From an uncultured Candidatus Binatia bacterium (GTDB lineage: Bacteria > Desulfobacterota > Binatia > UBA9968 > JAJDTQ01): a stretch of DNA of 64,000 nt. Each line of letters opens with the position of its first letter. Positions within the stretch are counted from its first letter, which is position 1. The notes beneath the pieces are model-generated. The model worked only from the letters and a program-made list of their open reading frames with translations, was not told where the DNA came from and ran no database searches. The stretch covers positions 2,496,001 through 2,560,000 of the forward strand of contig OZ243916.1 in the NCBI GenBank assembly GCA_965213675.1, in the 5' to 3' direction. Made by a program: the position numbers and the translations under genes. This document shows positions 18,844 to 27,558 of the stretch, in pieces.

Positions 18844-19782
18844 TTAGTCGAGGTCGGCCATCAAGTCCTCTATGGACTCGTCACCGGGCCACGCACCGGC
18901 CAAGTCTATCGGATCGAAAGCCGACGTTCGTCCGCGCCGGTCCTCATAACGCACAGGAAGCTCCGGAATTGCCAGTAGCGACATCTCCTCGAAAAGGCTG
19001 TCTCCTTCCAACTGCACACTAATCCGGCGCGCCTGGATCAACCGCGGTTGGCCATTCGCCTTGAAATCAACCATCCCTTCCACCGTCGTCTGCTTTCCCC
19101 ATAGGGGACGCAACGATTCAGTATCAAGTTGGGTAGCGTCCAGGCATCCAAGAAGGCGCGTATTCTGATTCGTGACGAGACAGAATCGCCCGCTCCCGTG
19201 TCGTATTTCATCCAGTCTGCCGCTTGCAATGAAGGCCCTTGGCTTCGGAATCCTCTTCAACTGCTCCTCGGCCCGGCTAAGTACATGGTGGTCCAGGACA
19301 AAGTGTCCCCCTGTGCGATCCTTCGGGTTCAACTCATAGGAGACGCTTGCGCCTGCTGCTCTCTCAAACATGAGAATCGCTTGGAGAACCGCCGTGTCGA
19401 AACGGTCTCCAGAGGCACCGTTGGCACCAACTTCCTCGATTGCAAAGGCAGCGAGGTCAAGCGCAGTGTCTTGAAAGCTCGGCGTCTCACGCCAGAACTC
19501 CTGTTGGGCGAATGCCTCACGAGCTGTCGAGCCAAGGCAAGGCGCCTCCATCTCCAAGGTCGTCGAGCCTGCCTTCAAGCCAGTGACGGTGAAGTCAATG
19601 GTGGCGTCCAGCCATTTGGGCTTTGGTCCCTTTTCGCTACTCTTGCCAGTAGCGAGCAAACGTGTCGTGCGCTCTGCGGTTGCAAGGAGAGCTGCGAGGA
19701 CATGCTGGAGGGATCCCGCCCTGATCTGACCTTTGGTTTCGTCAAGGCCGCTGATGCGGAGCTGATAGCGTCGCTTATTCAT
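18844..19782 (-). CDS. Hypothetical 312-aa protein immediately upstream of the PIN gene
   Basis: Long ORF in a lower-GC tract, GAAGGAGG RBS before ATG 19782, acidic tail GAWPGDESIEDLMADLD. Confidence 0.8.
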   Translation of the reverse strand: MNKRRYQLRISGLDETKGQIRAGSLQHVLAALLATAERTTRLLATGKSSEKGPKPKWLDATIDFTVTGLKAGSTTLEMEAPCLGSTAREAFAQQEFWRETPSFQDTALDLAAFAIEEVGANGASGDRFDTAVLQAILMFERAAGASVSYELNPKDRTGGHFVLDHHVLSRAEEQLKRIPKPRAFIASGRLDEIRHGSGRFCLVTNQNTRLLGCLDATQLDTESLRPLWGKQTTVEGMVDFKANGQPRLIQARRISVQLEGDSLFEEMSLLAIPELPVRYEDRRGRTSAFDPIDLAGAWPGDESIEDLMADLD

Positions 19783-20104
19783 GACAAGATCCCTCCTTCG
19801 GCATCCCTCCTTCTTGGGCGGGATACACCTCGACAACCTGTCCAAGCCTCCGGGACCACCTTGCCTTGCCCTCGAACAGCACATCGATCTCGGTGGCGCC
19901 CATACAGTCAAAGTCTTCCGGAACGGAAATCTTCCCATCGAGAAAACCGATTCGGCGCATCGACCCCGATTCCGGACCTTCCAACGCGATCACCTTCACC
20001 AACGGCTTGCCCGCGCGTGCAATGATGAAGGGCTCGCCGTTGGCGGCCGCCTCGACGAGACGCGAAAGGTGGGTCTTCGCTTCGTGTATGTCGACGGTAC
20101 GCAT
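19775..20104 (-). CDS. Phd/YefM family antitoxin with C-terminal extension
   Basis: MRTVDIHEAKTHLSRLVEAAANGEPFIIARAGKPLVKV...RRIGFLDGKISVPEDFD; palindrome ATCTGATCAGAT at 20123-20134 upstream. Confidence 0.88.
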   Translation of the reverse strand: MRTVDIHEAKTHLSRLVEAAANGEPFIIARAGKPLVKVIALEGPESGSMRRIGFLDGKISVPEDFDCMGATEIDVLFEGKARWSRRLGQVVEVYPAQEGGMPKEGSCHE

Positions 20105-20307
20105 GATGTCCTTCACGACTTGATCTGATCAGATTAGTCTGACGAACAATATCTCACAACTCCCATGCCTGACTCCCTCCTTCGGTCGCGAACACCCACC
20201 TCGCAGTTCCGGAGTGGCGTGCCTGTTTTGCCAGGTTAACGTCAATCGATCAGCACCGCGTCCACGCCCGTCAACCCCTGTTCCTCATCGTTGATGACCC
20301 ATCGCTC

Positions 20308-21528
20308 TCACAGGTCCCGATCCCGCAAATCCGGCCGCTTCACCACCAGCCCCGCGGTGATCCCGATGCACACGACCGCGGTCACCACCAACGTCCACGG
20401 TGCGCCGATCAGCGCGGCAACAGCGCCCGAGTGGGCCTCGCCCAGGGAGGGGGCGCCCACGCCCAGTATGCGCTGGAAGCTCGCGGCGCGTCCTCTCAGG
20501 TTGTCCGGGGTGCGGGCCTGGATCACGACCTGGCGCACCACGGCTTGCAGCGCATCGAAGACGCCCACCAGGAACAGGATCGCCACCGACCCGAGAAACC
20601 ACGTGGAGAACGCCAGCCCGAAAAGGCAGCCGGCGTAGGCGATGACGCTGAACGAGATGAACAGGCCCTTGTAGGAAATGTTCCCCAGCCAAATGACCGC
20701 GGCCACCCCGGGGAGCGCGCCCAGCGCCGGCGCGGCCAGGAGGATGCCCAGGCCTTCGGGGCCGAGGCCCATGGCCACGGCGAAGATCGGCAGCAGCGCC
20801 CGGTAGCTGCCGAAGAAGACTGCCGCGAACTCGGTCACCAGCAGGACCACGATCAGCGAGTTGCGCCGGATGAAGGCGACCCCTTCGAGCAGGCTCTTCA
20901 CCGGCGACTGCTCCCGGTCCAGCGGCCCGGACTCGTAGCGCATGCACACCATGATCGGGACGGACACGACATAGATCAGGCAGGCCACCGCGTAGGTCCA
21001 GCCGGAGCCCGCGACGCCGATCAGGACGCCGCCCGCCGCGGGGCCCACCAGTTGCGACAGTTTGCGGACGGACGCGATCTGCGCGAAGGCGTTGACCAGC
21101 AGCTCCCGCGGCACGAGGCCCGGGACCATGGCGGTCCGTGCCGGTCCCGCCGCGGTGGTCAAGGTCGCGTTAACGAACGCCGCCAGGTAGATGTGCCACA
21201 CCGCGATGAGGCCGGTGAGAGCCAGCGTCGCCAAGGACAGGGTGATCAGGGCATTCACGCCCTGGACCAGGATCACGAACCGCCGCCGGTCGATACGGTC
21301 GGCCACGACTCCTCCCGCGAGTTGGAATACCAGCGTAGCCAAACCGCGGACCAAGCCGGTGAAACCGGTCAACAGGGGGGACCCGGTGAGATCGTAGACC
21401 AACCAGAGCTCGATGGTGCGCTGGAGCTGATAGCTGACCGAGGTTCCGAAAAGAGCGATGTAGAGCAGCCGGAAGTCACGAACGTCCAGAGACGACAGGC
21501 CGCCGCCGCTCCGCCTTACAGACAACAC
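20308..21528 (-). CDS. MFS transporter (start uncertain)
   Basis: Multiple hydrophobic helices, GGVVADRIDRRR motif, TPDNLRGRA. Confidence 0.9.
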   Translation of the reverse strand: MLSVRRSGGGLSSLDVRDFRLLYIALFGTSVSYQLQRTIELWLVYDLTGSPLLTGFTGLVRGLATLVFQLAGGVVADRIDRRRFVILVQGVNALITLSLATLALTGLIAVWHIYLAAFVNATLTTAAGPARTAMVPGLVPRELLVNAFAQIASVRKLSQLVGPAAGGVLIGVAGSGWTYAVACLIYVVSVPIMVCMRYESGPLDREQSPVKSLLEGVAFIRRNSLIVVLLVTEFAAVFFGSYRALLPIFAVAMGLGPEGLGILLAAPALGALPGVAAVIWLGNISYKGLFISFSVIAYAGCLFGLAFSTWFLGSVAILFLVGVFDALQAVVRQVVIQARTPDNLRGRAASFQRILGVGAPSLGEAHSGAVAALIGAPWTLVVTAVVCIGITAGLVVKRPDLRDRDL

Positions 21529-21708
21529 CGCGACCCAACCCGCTTTCGGCGGCACCCTCCCCAACCGCCGGAAAGGTAGCGGCCGCACCGATATGTGTCG
21601 ATTGTGTTCACACGTGTGTCCACGGATACGTTATCCGACCCACTTGTAGCCAGTGCGCAAGGGAAGTCCAGTTTGGTCGGTGTATTTGACGCCAACAAGA
21701 TTGTAGCA

Positions 21709-21728
21709 TGACAGCATATATGCTATCA
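21709..21728. promoter_or_regulatory. Palindromic operator of the PIN/RHH operon
   Basis: TGACAGCATATATGCTATCA, one mismatched pair, 7 bp before ATG 21736. Confidence 0.6.
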
Positions 21729-21735
21729 AAGAAAA

Positions 21736-22155
21736 ATGCAGGTCGTCGTGGATACCAACGTCCTGGTATCCGCCGTGCTGAGTCCAAACGGTGCCAGCCG
21801 GCAGGTGCTCCGGCGTTGCTTGCTCGGCGAATACCAACCGTTGATGGGCCAAGCACTGTTTCTGGAACACGAAGCGGTGTTGTCTCGACCGGAAATCGTC
21901 GGTCAGTCGCGTATCACCGAGGAGGACCGGGAGGCCCTGTGGGCGGCTTTTGCGAGCCGCTGTCGTTGGGTGCGAGTGTACTACCTATGGAGACCGAATC
22001 TTCCGGACGAATCGGACAATCATTTGATTGAGCTTGCGGTAGCCGGAGGGGCCGAGGTCATCGTTACCCACAATCAGCGCGATTTCGGTCGCACGGAATT
22101 GCGTTTCCCGGGGTTACGCGTGCTAACACCCGGTGAGTTGATCATGGAGGAATGA
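21736..22155 (+). CDS. PIN family toxin (toxin-first TA pair)
   Basis: VVVDTNVLVSAV, EHE, PNLPDESDNHLIELAVAG, IVTHNQRDF. Confidence 0.92.
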   Translation: MQVVVDTNVLVSAVLSPNGASRQVLRRCLLGEYQPLMGQALFLEHEAVLSRPEIVGQSRITEEDREALWAAFASRCRWVRVYYLWRPNLPDESDNHLIELAVAGGAEVIVTHNQRDFGRTELRFPGLRVLTPGELIMEE

Positions 22156-22158
22156 AAG

Positions 22159-22395
22159 ATGTCGACGGTGACCATCCGTTTGCCTGATGATACGCACGGC
22201 CGACTGAAGGAGATCGCCAAGAGTCGGCGGATGAGCGTGAACAAGCTGGTGGAGGAGCTCTCCACGATCGTCATCACACAGCACGATGCGGAGACCCGGT
22301 TTCGGGCGATAGCGGCCCGTGGTTCCATAGATGCTGGGCTGCGCATCCTCGACAAGCTCGACGACTCGTTCGGCGGAACAACCGGCGGCTCGTAG
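22159..22395 (+). CDS. Ribbon-helix-helix antitoxin
   Basis: TVTIRLPDDTHGRLKEIAKSRRMSVNKLVEE; 3 bp after the PIN stop. Confidence 0.85.
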   Translation: MSTVTIRLPDDTHGRLKEIAKSRRMSVNKLVEELSTIVITQHDAETRFRAIAARGSIDAGLRILDKLDDSFGGTTGGS

Positions 22396-22491
22396 CACAG
22401 ATCCCGAGAATGAGAGTGTGGCGGCTCGATCTCGGCGGAACCATGCGGACGAGTTCCTTGGGTAACGATACCTTGCCTTTCAGGAACCAAT

Positions 22492-23502
22492 TCAGCGGAA
22501 CCCTTCCGTCGTGGCGTGGGGGCCGTACAGGTCGGTCTCCATGAGTTCCGCGGCGGCCGCCCCGGCGTCGGTGAGGCGCAGGGTGCAGCGCGACTCCAGC
22601 ATCCACGCGTAGTAGCCCTCGGGCACGTCCTCGGAGGGGCCGTGGTGGATCACGCCCTTGGGCACGCAGGTCAGCATGCCGGGCTCGTTCACGCCGCCCC
22701 AGGCACCGGGACCCTCGAAGTAATAGATCAGTTCGTCGTAGTCCACGTTGTTGTGGATGGGCGGGCGACGGCGGTGGCGGGCGCTCAGGTTGTAGAACAA
22801 CTCGTCCCGGCCGGGCGACGCAATGAACTGGACCGGAGGACCGTTCTCATCGGTGGGGACGTCCCTGAGATTCAGCTTCCACACCGGGCTGGGACCGTCC
22901 ACAAGGGCCTGGGTGGCCAGCGGGTTCGTCGGCTTGACGTACCGGGTGACGCCGTCGAAGCACTTGAGCAGCAGCACGGTCTCCACGTTCTGGGCTTCGT
23001 CTTCGCCGATCACCGCGCACCGGAGCCCGGAGCCGAAGGTCGGCGACGGATCGAAGCGGAGCGCTCCCGGGGTCTCGACGATGACCGAAAGGCTCGAATC
23101 CGTTTCGGGCCGGACACGGTACGGGATCCCGCGCGGAATGACCACGAAGTCGCCGGGTTCTCCGGTGAGCGTGCCGTAGGCCGTGCGGAACTCCAGCTCT
23201 CCCTCCTGCACGAAGTGCACCTCGTCGGCCTCGACGTTGGACACCACGAAGGGCATGGAATGGGCGCGTCCGGACACGCTGAGCTGGACACCCGTGCGGC
23301 CCGCGTGGAATGCGACGGGCAGCGCCTCCGCATCGTCGCGCTCTGGCAACGCCACGGCGCCGACGTTCAGCCGGTGCGGCACATGCGGGCCCGTGACCGA
23401 GATGAAGTCCGGACTGTGGTGCGTGCGGGTGACGTTCACCCCGGTCCCGGCGAAACCCTCCCTCCCCCAGTGCTCCCGGTACTCCGTGCTTTCCTTCGCC
23501 AT
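22492..23502 (-). CDS. Homogentisate 1,2-dioxygenase-like cupin protein
   Basis: NVEADEVHFVQEG, PGDFVVIPRG, PIHNNVDYDELIYY, VIHHGP. Confidence 0.75.
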   Translation of the reverse strand: MAKESTEYREHWGREGFAGTGVNVTRTHHSPDFISVTGPHVPHRLNVGAVALPERDDAEALPVAFHAGRTGVQLSVSGRAHSMPFVVSNVEADEVHFVQEGELEFRTAYGTLTGEPGDFVVIPRGIPYRVRPETDSSLSVIVETPGALRFDPSPTFGSGLRCAVIGEDEAQNVETVLLLKCFDGVTRYVKPTNPLATQALVDGPSPVWKLNLRDVPTDENGPPVQFIASPGRDELFYNLSARHRRRPPIHNNVDYDELIYYFEGPGAWGGVNEPGMLTCVPKGVIHHGPSEDVPEGYYAWMLESRCTLRLTDAGAAAAELMETDLYGPHATTEGFR

Positions 23503-23696
23503 CGCCGTTCCTCCGGAGTGGATGTCAAGTTAGGGTGCGCCTCGGCAGCGCCGGCACCCGCCACGACAATAACACCGCGACCGGACAACTGGAACCATCC
23601 CTGCCCTTCTTGCCATCTGCCCTGCGACTGGGCTAAGAGAGCCCACAGACACACGGGCGAAGGACATATCAAGACTACAGCCGGGAGCAGGAATCC

Positions 23697-24566
23697 ATGG
23701 ACTACTTCGAACCCAAGACCGTCGACGAGGCGCTCGCGCTGCTGGACCAGCACGGTGATCAAGCCGAGGTCATCGCCGGCGGCACCGACGTGATGGTGGA
23801 CATCAAGTACAGCGACGAGCCGGGTTGCCTCGTGAACATCAAGCGCATCCCGGACCTGAACGCTATCCGCGAGAGCAATGGCGGCGTCCACATCGGCCCG
23901 CTGGCCACCATCCACGAGCTCGAGGCGAGCGACCTCGTGCGCGAGCGGCTGCCGCTGCTGTGGCAGGCGGCGCACCAGTTCGCCTCGCTGCAGATCCGGA
24001 ACACCGCCACCATCGGCGGCAACATCTGCCGGGCCTCTCCTTCGGGCGAGACCCTGGCGCCGCTGCTGGTGCTGGAGGCCGCGGCCGAGGTGACCTTCTC
24101 CGACGGCGCCCGCGGCGAGCCCTTTAACGCGTTCTTCCGCGGGCCGGGCAAGACCAGCCTCGGCTCCAAGGGCCTGCTCACGGGCATCTCGGTGCCCTTT
24201 CCCGCGGCCGGGAGCCACGCCGTGTACCTCAAGCACGCGGTGCGCGGCCCCATGGACATCGCCATGGTGGGAGTCGCCGTGATGGCGAGGACCAACGGAG
24301 ACAAGACCGCCCTGGAAGATGTCCGCATCGGCCTGGGGGCGGTGGCGCCCACGCCCGTCCGCGCGCCGAAGACCGAGGCGCTGGTTTCGGGCAAGGCGCT
24401 TGACGCGGCCCTCTTGAAGGAGGCCGGCGCAAGCTCGGCATCCGAGTCGAGCCCCATCACCGACCAGCGCAGCAGCGGCGAGTACCGCGGCTGGATCGTG
24501 GACGCGCTGACGCGCCGGGGGCTGGAACAGTGCTGGCAAGCGTTAACCGGTAAGGAGGTGGCGTGA
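23697..24566 (+). CDS. Xanthine dehydrogenase family FAD-binding subunit (CoxM-like)
   Basis: IAGGTD, QIRNTATIGGNIC, GAVAPTP. Confidence 0.93.
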   Translation: MDYFEPKTVDEALALLDQHGDQAEVIAGGTDVMVDIKYSDEPGCLVNIKRIPDLNAIRESNGGVHIGPLATIHELEASDLVRERLPLLWQAAHQFASLQIRNTATIGGNICRASPSGETLAPLLVLEAAAEVTFSDGARGEPFNAFFRGPGKTSLGSKGLLTGISVPFPAAGSHAVYLKHAVRGPMDIAMVGVAVMARTNGDKTALEDVRIGLGAVAPTPVRAPKTEALVSGKALDAALLKEAGASSASESSPITDQRSSGEYRGWIVDALTRRGLEQCWQALTGKEVA

Positions 24567-25033
24567 TGGGCCTGGAGATCACACTCACGGTAAACGGCAA
24601 GACTCACACGGCCGAGCTGGAGCCGTCCACCGCGCTGGTGGACTTCCTGCGCGACACGCTGGGCTACAAGGGCGTCAAGCTCTGCTGCAACACGGGCGAG
24701 TGCGGCGCCTGCACCATCATCATGGACGGGAAGCCGGTGAACTCCTGCGTCGTCCTGGGAGCGGACGCGGCCGGGGCCGACCTGGTCACGGTGGAAGGCA
24801 TCGCCGACGGCGACGAACTGCACCCGGTGCAACAGGCCTTCATCGACACCGGCGCGGTGCAGTGCGGCTACTGCACGCCGGGCTTCATCGTCTCCCTCAA
24901 GGCGCTGCTGGACCGCACCAAGAGCCCCACGGCCGCGGATGTCGAGGAGGCCATCTCCGGAAACATCTGCAGGTGCACGGGCTACACGAAGATCTTCGAC
25001 GCCGTCGAACTGGCCGCCAAGCGGATGTCGTAA
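24566..25033 (+). CDS. Xanthine dehydrogenase family 2Fe-2S subunit (CoxS-like)
   Basis: CNTGECGACT...SC and QCGYCTPG...CRCTGY. Confidence 0.95.
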   Translation: MGLEITLTVNGKTHTAELEPSTALVDFLRDTLGYKGVKLCCNTGECGACTIIMDGKPVNSCVVLGADAAGADLVTVEGIADGDELHPVQQAFIDTGAVQCGYCTPGFIVSLKALLDRTKSPTAADVEEAISGNICRCTGYTKIFDAVELAAKRMS

Positions 25034-25057
25034 ACGGGTGGGAAGGAGTCAAGACCC

Positions 25058-27343
25058 ATGGCAAAGGCTGAATACACCGTCCTGGGAACCGACATGCCCC
25101 GCAAGGGCGGGGTCGAGCGGGTGGTCGGCAAGGGCGTTTACGGCATCGACCTGAACCTGCCCGACGCCCTCAGCGGCGGCGTGCTCCGGAGTGAGCATGC
25201 CCACGCGAAGATCGTCGGCATCGACACCAGCGAGGCCAAGGCCATCCCGGGCGTGCGCGCGGTGGTGACAGCCGCGGATGCGCCGGACGTGCGCTACGGC
25301 CGCTCCTACATCGACCGCTACATCCTCGCCAAAGACAAGGTCCGCTACATGGGCGACCCGGTGGCGGCGGTGGCGGCGGACAGCCAGGCGCTGGTCAAGG
25401 AAGCCCTCAGGAAGATCAAGGTCACCTACGAGCCGCTGCCGGTGGTGGTGGACCCGGAAGAGACCATGAAGGAGTCGGCGCCGACCATCCACGAGGACAT
25501 GCCGCTGCCCAAGAACCTGCCGGAAGGCGTGCAGGTCAAGAACGTCTGCGGCTACGCGGCGGTGAACATCGGCGACGCCGAGGCCGCCATGGCGGAAGCC
25601 GACGTGGTGGTGGACGAGGTCTACGAAACCAGGATGATCCATCCCCAGTACCTGGAGCCGCGCATCGCCGCGGCCCGGCCCGAGGAGGACGGCCGCCTCA
25701 CGGTGTGGGCCAACGCCCAGGCGCCCTTCCCGGTGCGCACGGAAGTCGCCAACCTCGTGGGACTGCCCCTGAACCAGGTGCGGGTCATCTCCACCGGCAT
25801 CGGCGGCGGCTTCGGCGGCAAGGGTAGCGGAGTCACCTCCAGCGCGGGCCTGGAGCCCATCTGCGCGCTGCTGGCGCTGACCGCGGGGCAGCCGGTGATG
25901 ATCGTCATGGACAAGGCGGAAGAGACCATCTCCACCACCATCCGCTCCGGCTGCAAGATCTGGATCAAGACCGGCGCCAGGAAGGACGGCACCCTGGTGG
26001 CGCGCCAGGGCAAGGTGGTGTACGACGCCGGCGGCTACTCGGGCTTCGGCAACCAGGCCGGCGGCCGCTGCACCCAGATGGTGGGCGGCTGGTACCGCCT
26101 GCCCAACATCCACATGGACGGCTTTACCGTCTACACCAACAAGCAGGTATGCGGTCCGGTGCGCGGCCCCGGCGGCCCCCAGGCCACCTTCGCCATGGAA
26201 TCCCACATGGACTCCCTCGCCGCCGAGCTGGGCATGGACCCCATCGAGTTCCGCCTGAAGAACGTGCCCGAGAAGGGCGACGGCATCGTCGGCGTCCCCA
26301 AGCTGCGGGACAGCTCGCTGGCCGAGACCCTGAACCTCGCCAAGGAGAAGATCGGCTGGGGCAAGGTCAAGCTCGGGAAGAACCAGGGCATCGGGTTCGC
26401 CACCGGGGCGTGGATCGAGGGCGCGGGACCCGGCGGCGGCGCGGTGGTCAAGATGAACGAGGACGGCTCCGCCACGGTGCACATCGGCAAGGTGGACTAT
26501 GGCACCGCCGCCCCCTTCGGCATCCCCATGATCGTGGCCGAGGTGCTGGGCATTTCCACCGACGACGTCACCGTGCTCAACGTGGACACGGACGCCAGTC
26601 CCTGGGACGCGGGCACGGTGGGCAGCCGCTCGATGCTGGTGTCCGGCAACGCCGTCAAGCTGGCGGCCGAGGACGCCCGCGACCAGATCCTGCGCATGGC
26701 CGCGGGACAGCTGGAGGCCAGCCCGGAGGACCTGGAAATCGTCGACCGGCAGATCCAGGTCAAGGGCGCGCCGTCACGGTCGGTGTCGCTGGCGTCGGTC
26801 TGCAACGCGGGACACAACGAGATCGGCGACGTCATCGGCCGCGGCTACTTCGACTCCAAGGCCTCGCAAGTCCACGAGCGGGAAGTAGGCAGCTCCCAGC
26901 CCTTTACCACCCACGCCGCCATGGTGGAGGTGGATGCAGACACCGGCAACGTCAAGGTGCTGAAATACGTGGCCGTGCATGACGTGGGCTTCGTGGTGCA
27001 TCCCAAGGCGGTGGAAGGCCAGATCGAAGGCGCCGCGGCCATGAGCCTGGGCCAGGCGCTGTGCGAGCAGGTGGTGCACGACGGCGACGGGCGGACGCTG
27101 AACCCGACCTTCGTCGACTACCTGATGCCGACCATCAACATGCTGCCGCGCATCGAGGCCATCACCGTGCCGGGCTACCCCGGCGCCGGACCTTACGGCA
27201 CCAAGGGCGCGGGCGAGATCGGCTCCGTGCCGCCCATGGCCTGCATCGCCAACGCCATCCACAACGCCACCGGCGTGCGCGTGCGCCGGCTCCCGCTGAG
27301 CCCCGAGAACGTGCTGCGGGCGCTCCGGGAAGCCGGGCAATAG
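25058..27343 (+). CDS. Xanthine dehydrogenase family molybdopterin-binding subunit
   Basis: RSEHAHAKI, IGGGFGGK, PVRGPGGPQ, GTVGSRS, EGQIEG, KGAGE. Confidence 0.95.
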   Translation: MAKAEYTVLGTDMPRKGGVERVVGKGVYGIDLNLPDALSGGVLRSEHAHAKIVGIDTSEAKAIPGVRAVVTAADAPDVRYGRSYIDRYILAKDKVRYMGDPVAAVAADSQALVKEALRKIKVTYEPLPVVVDPEETMKESAPTIHEDMPLPKNLPEGVQVKNVCGYAAVNIGDAEAAMAEADVVVDEVYETRMIHPQYLEPRIAAARPEEDGRLTVWANAQAPFPVRTEVANLVGLPLNQVRVISTGIGGGFGGKGSGVTSSAGLEPICALLALTAGQPVMIVMDKAEETISTTIRSGCKIWIKTGARKDGTLVARQGKVVYDAGGYSGFGNQAGGRCTQMVGGWYRLPNIHMDGFTVYTNKQVCGPVRGPGGPQATFAMESHMDSLAAELGMDPIEFRLKNVPEKGDGIVGVPKLRDSSLAETLNLAKEKIGWGKVKLGKNQGIGFATGAWIEGAGPGGGAVVKMNEDGSATVHIGKVDYGTAAPFGIPMIVAEVLGISTDDVTVLNVDTDASPWDAGTVGSRSMLVSGNAVKLAAEDARDQILRMAAGQLEASPEDLEIVDRQIQVKGAPSRSVSLASVCNAGHNEIGDVIGRGYFDSKASQVHEREVGSSQPFTTHAAMVEVDADTGNVKVLKYVAVHDVGFVVHPKAVEGQIEGAAAMSLGQALCEQVVHDGDGRTLNPTFVDYLMPTINMLPRIEAITVPGYPGAGPYGTKGAGEIGSVPPMACIANAIHNATGVRVRRLPLSPENVLRALREAGQ

Positions 27344-27404
27344 CGCCCGAGGCCCGCGGCGGCCCGACTCCCCGTTCGTCGCGTACGCACGGCGACGATG
27401 AAAA

Positions 27405-27433
27405 CGCGGGGCGGGTTTCGCACCCGCCCCGCG
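27405..27433. repeat. REP-like hairpin after the XDH operon
   Basis: CGCGGGGCGGGT-TTCGC-ACCCGCCCCGCG. Confidence 0.7.
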
Positions 27434-27558
27434 CTCGGGAAGCGGCAGCGTTCGAAACAGGCACGCCCAGACATGATCATCGAATCCCTCCAACGTTGCC
27501 CGTGCCCGGCCACGCACTGGCCGGCGGGACCGGCCGGCCGCGTGGCCGATGATTACCC

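Noticed and set aside
23697-27343. Aerobic CO dehydrogenase coxMSL
   Set aside because: Active-site loop is PVRGPGG, not AYxCSFR (form I) or AYRGAGR (form II)
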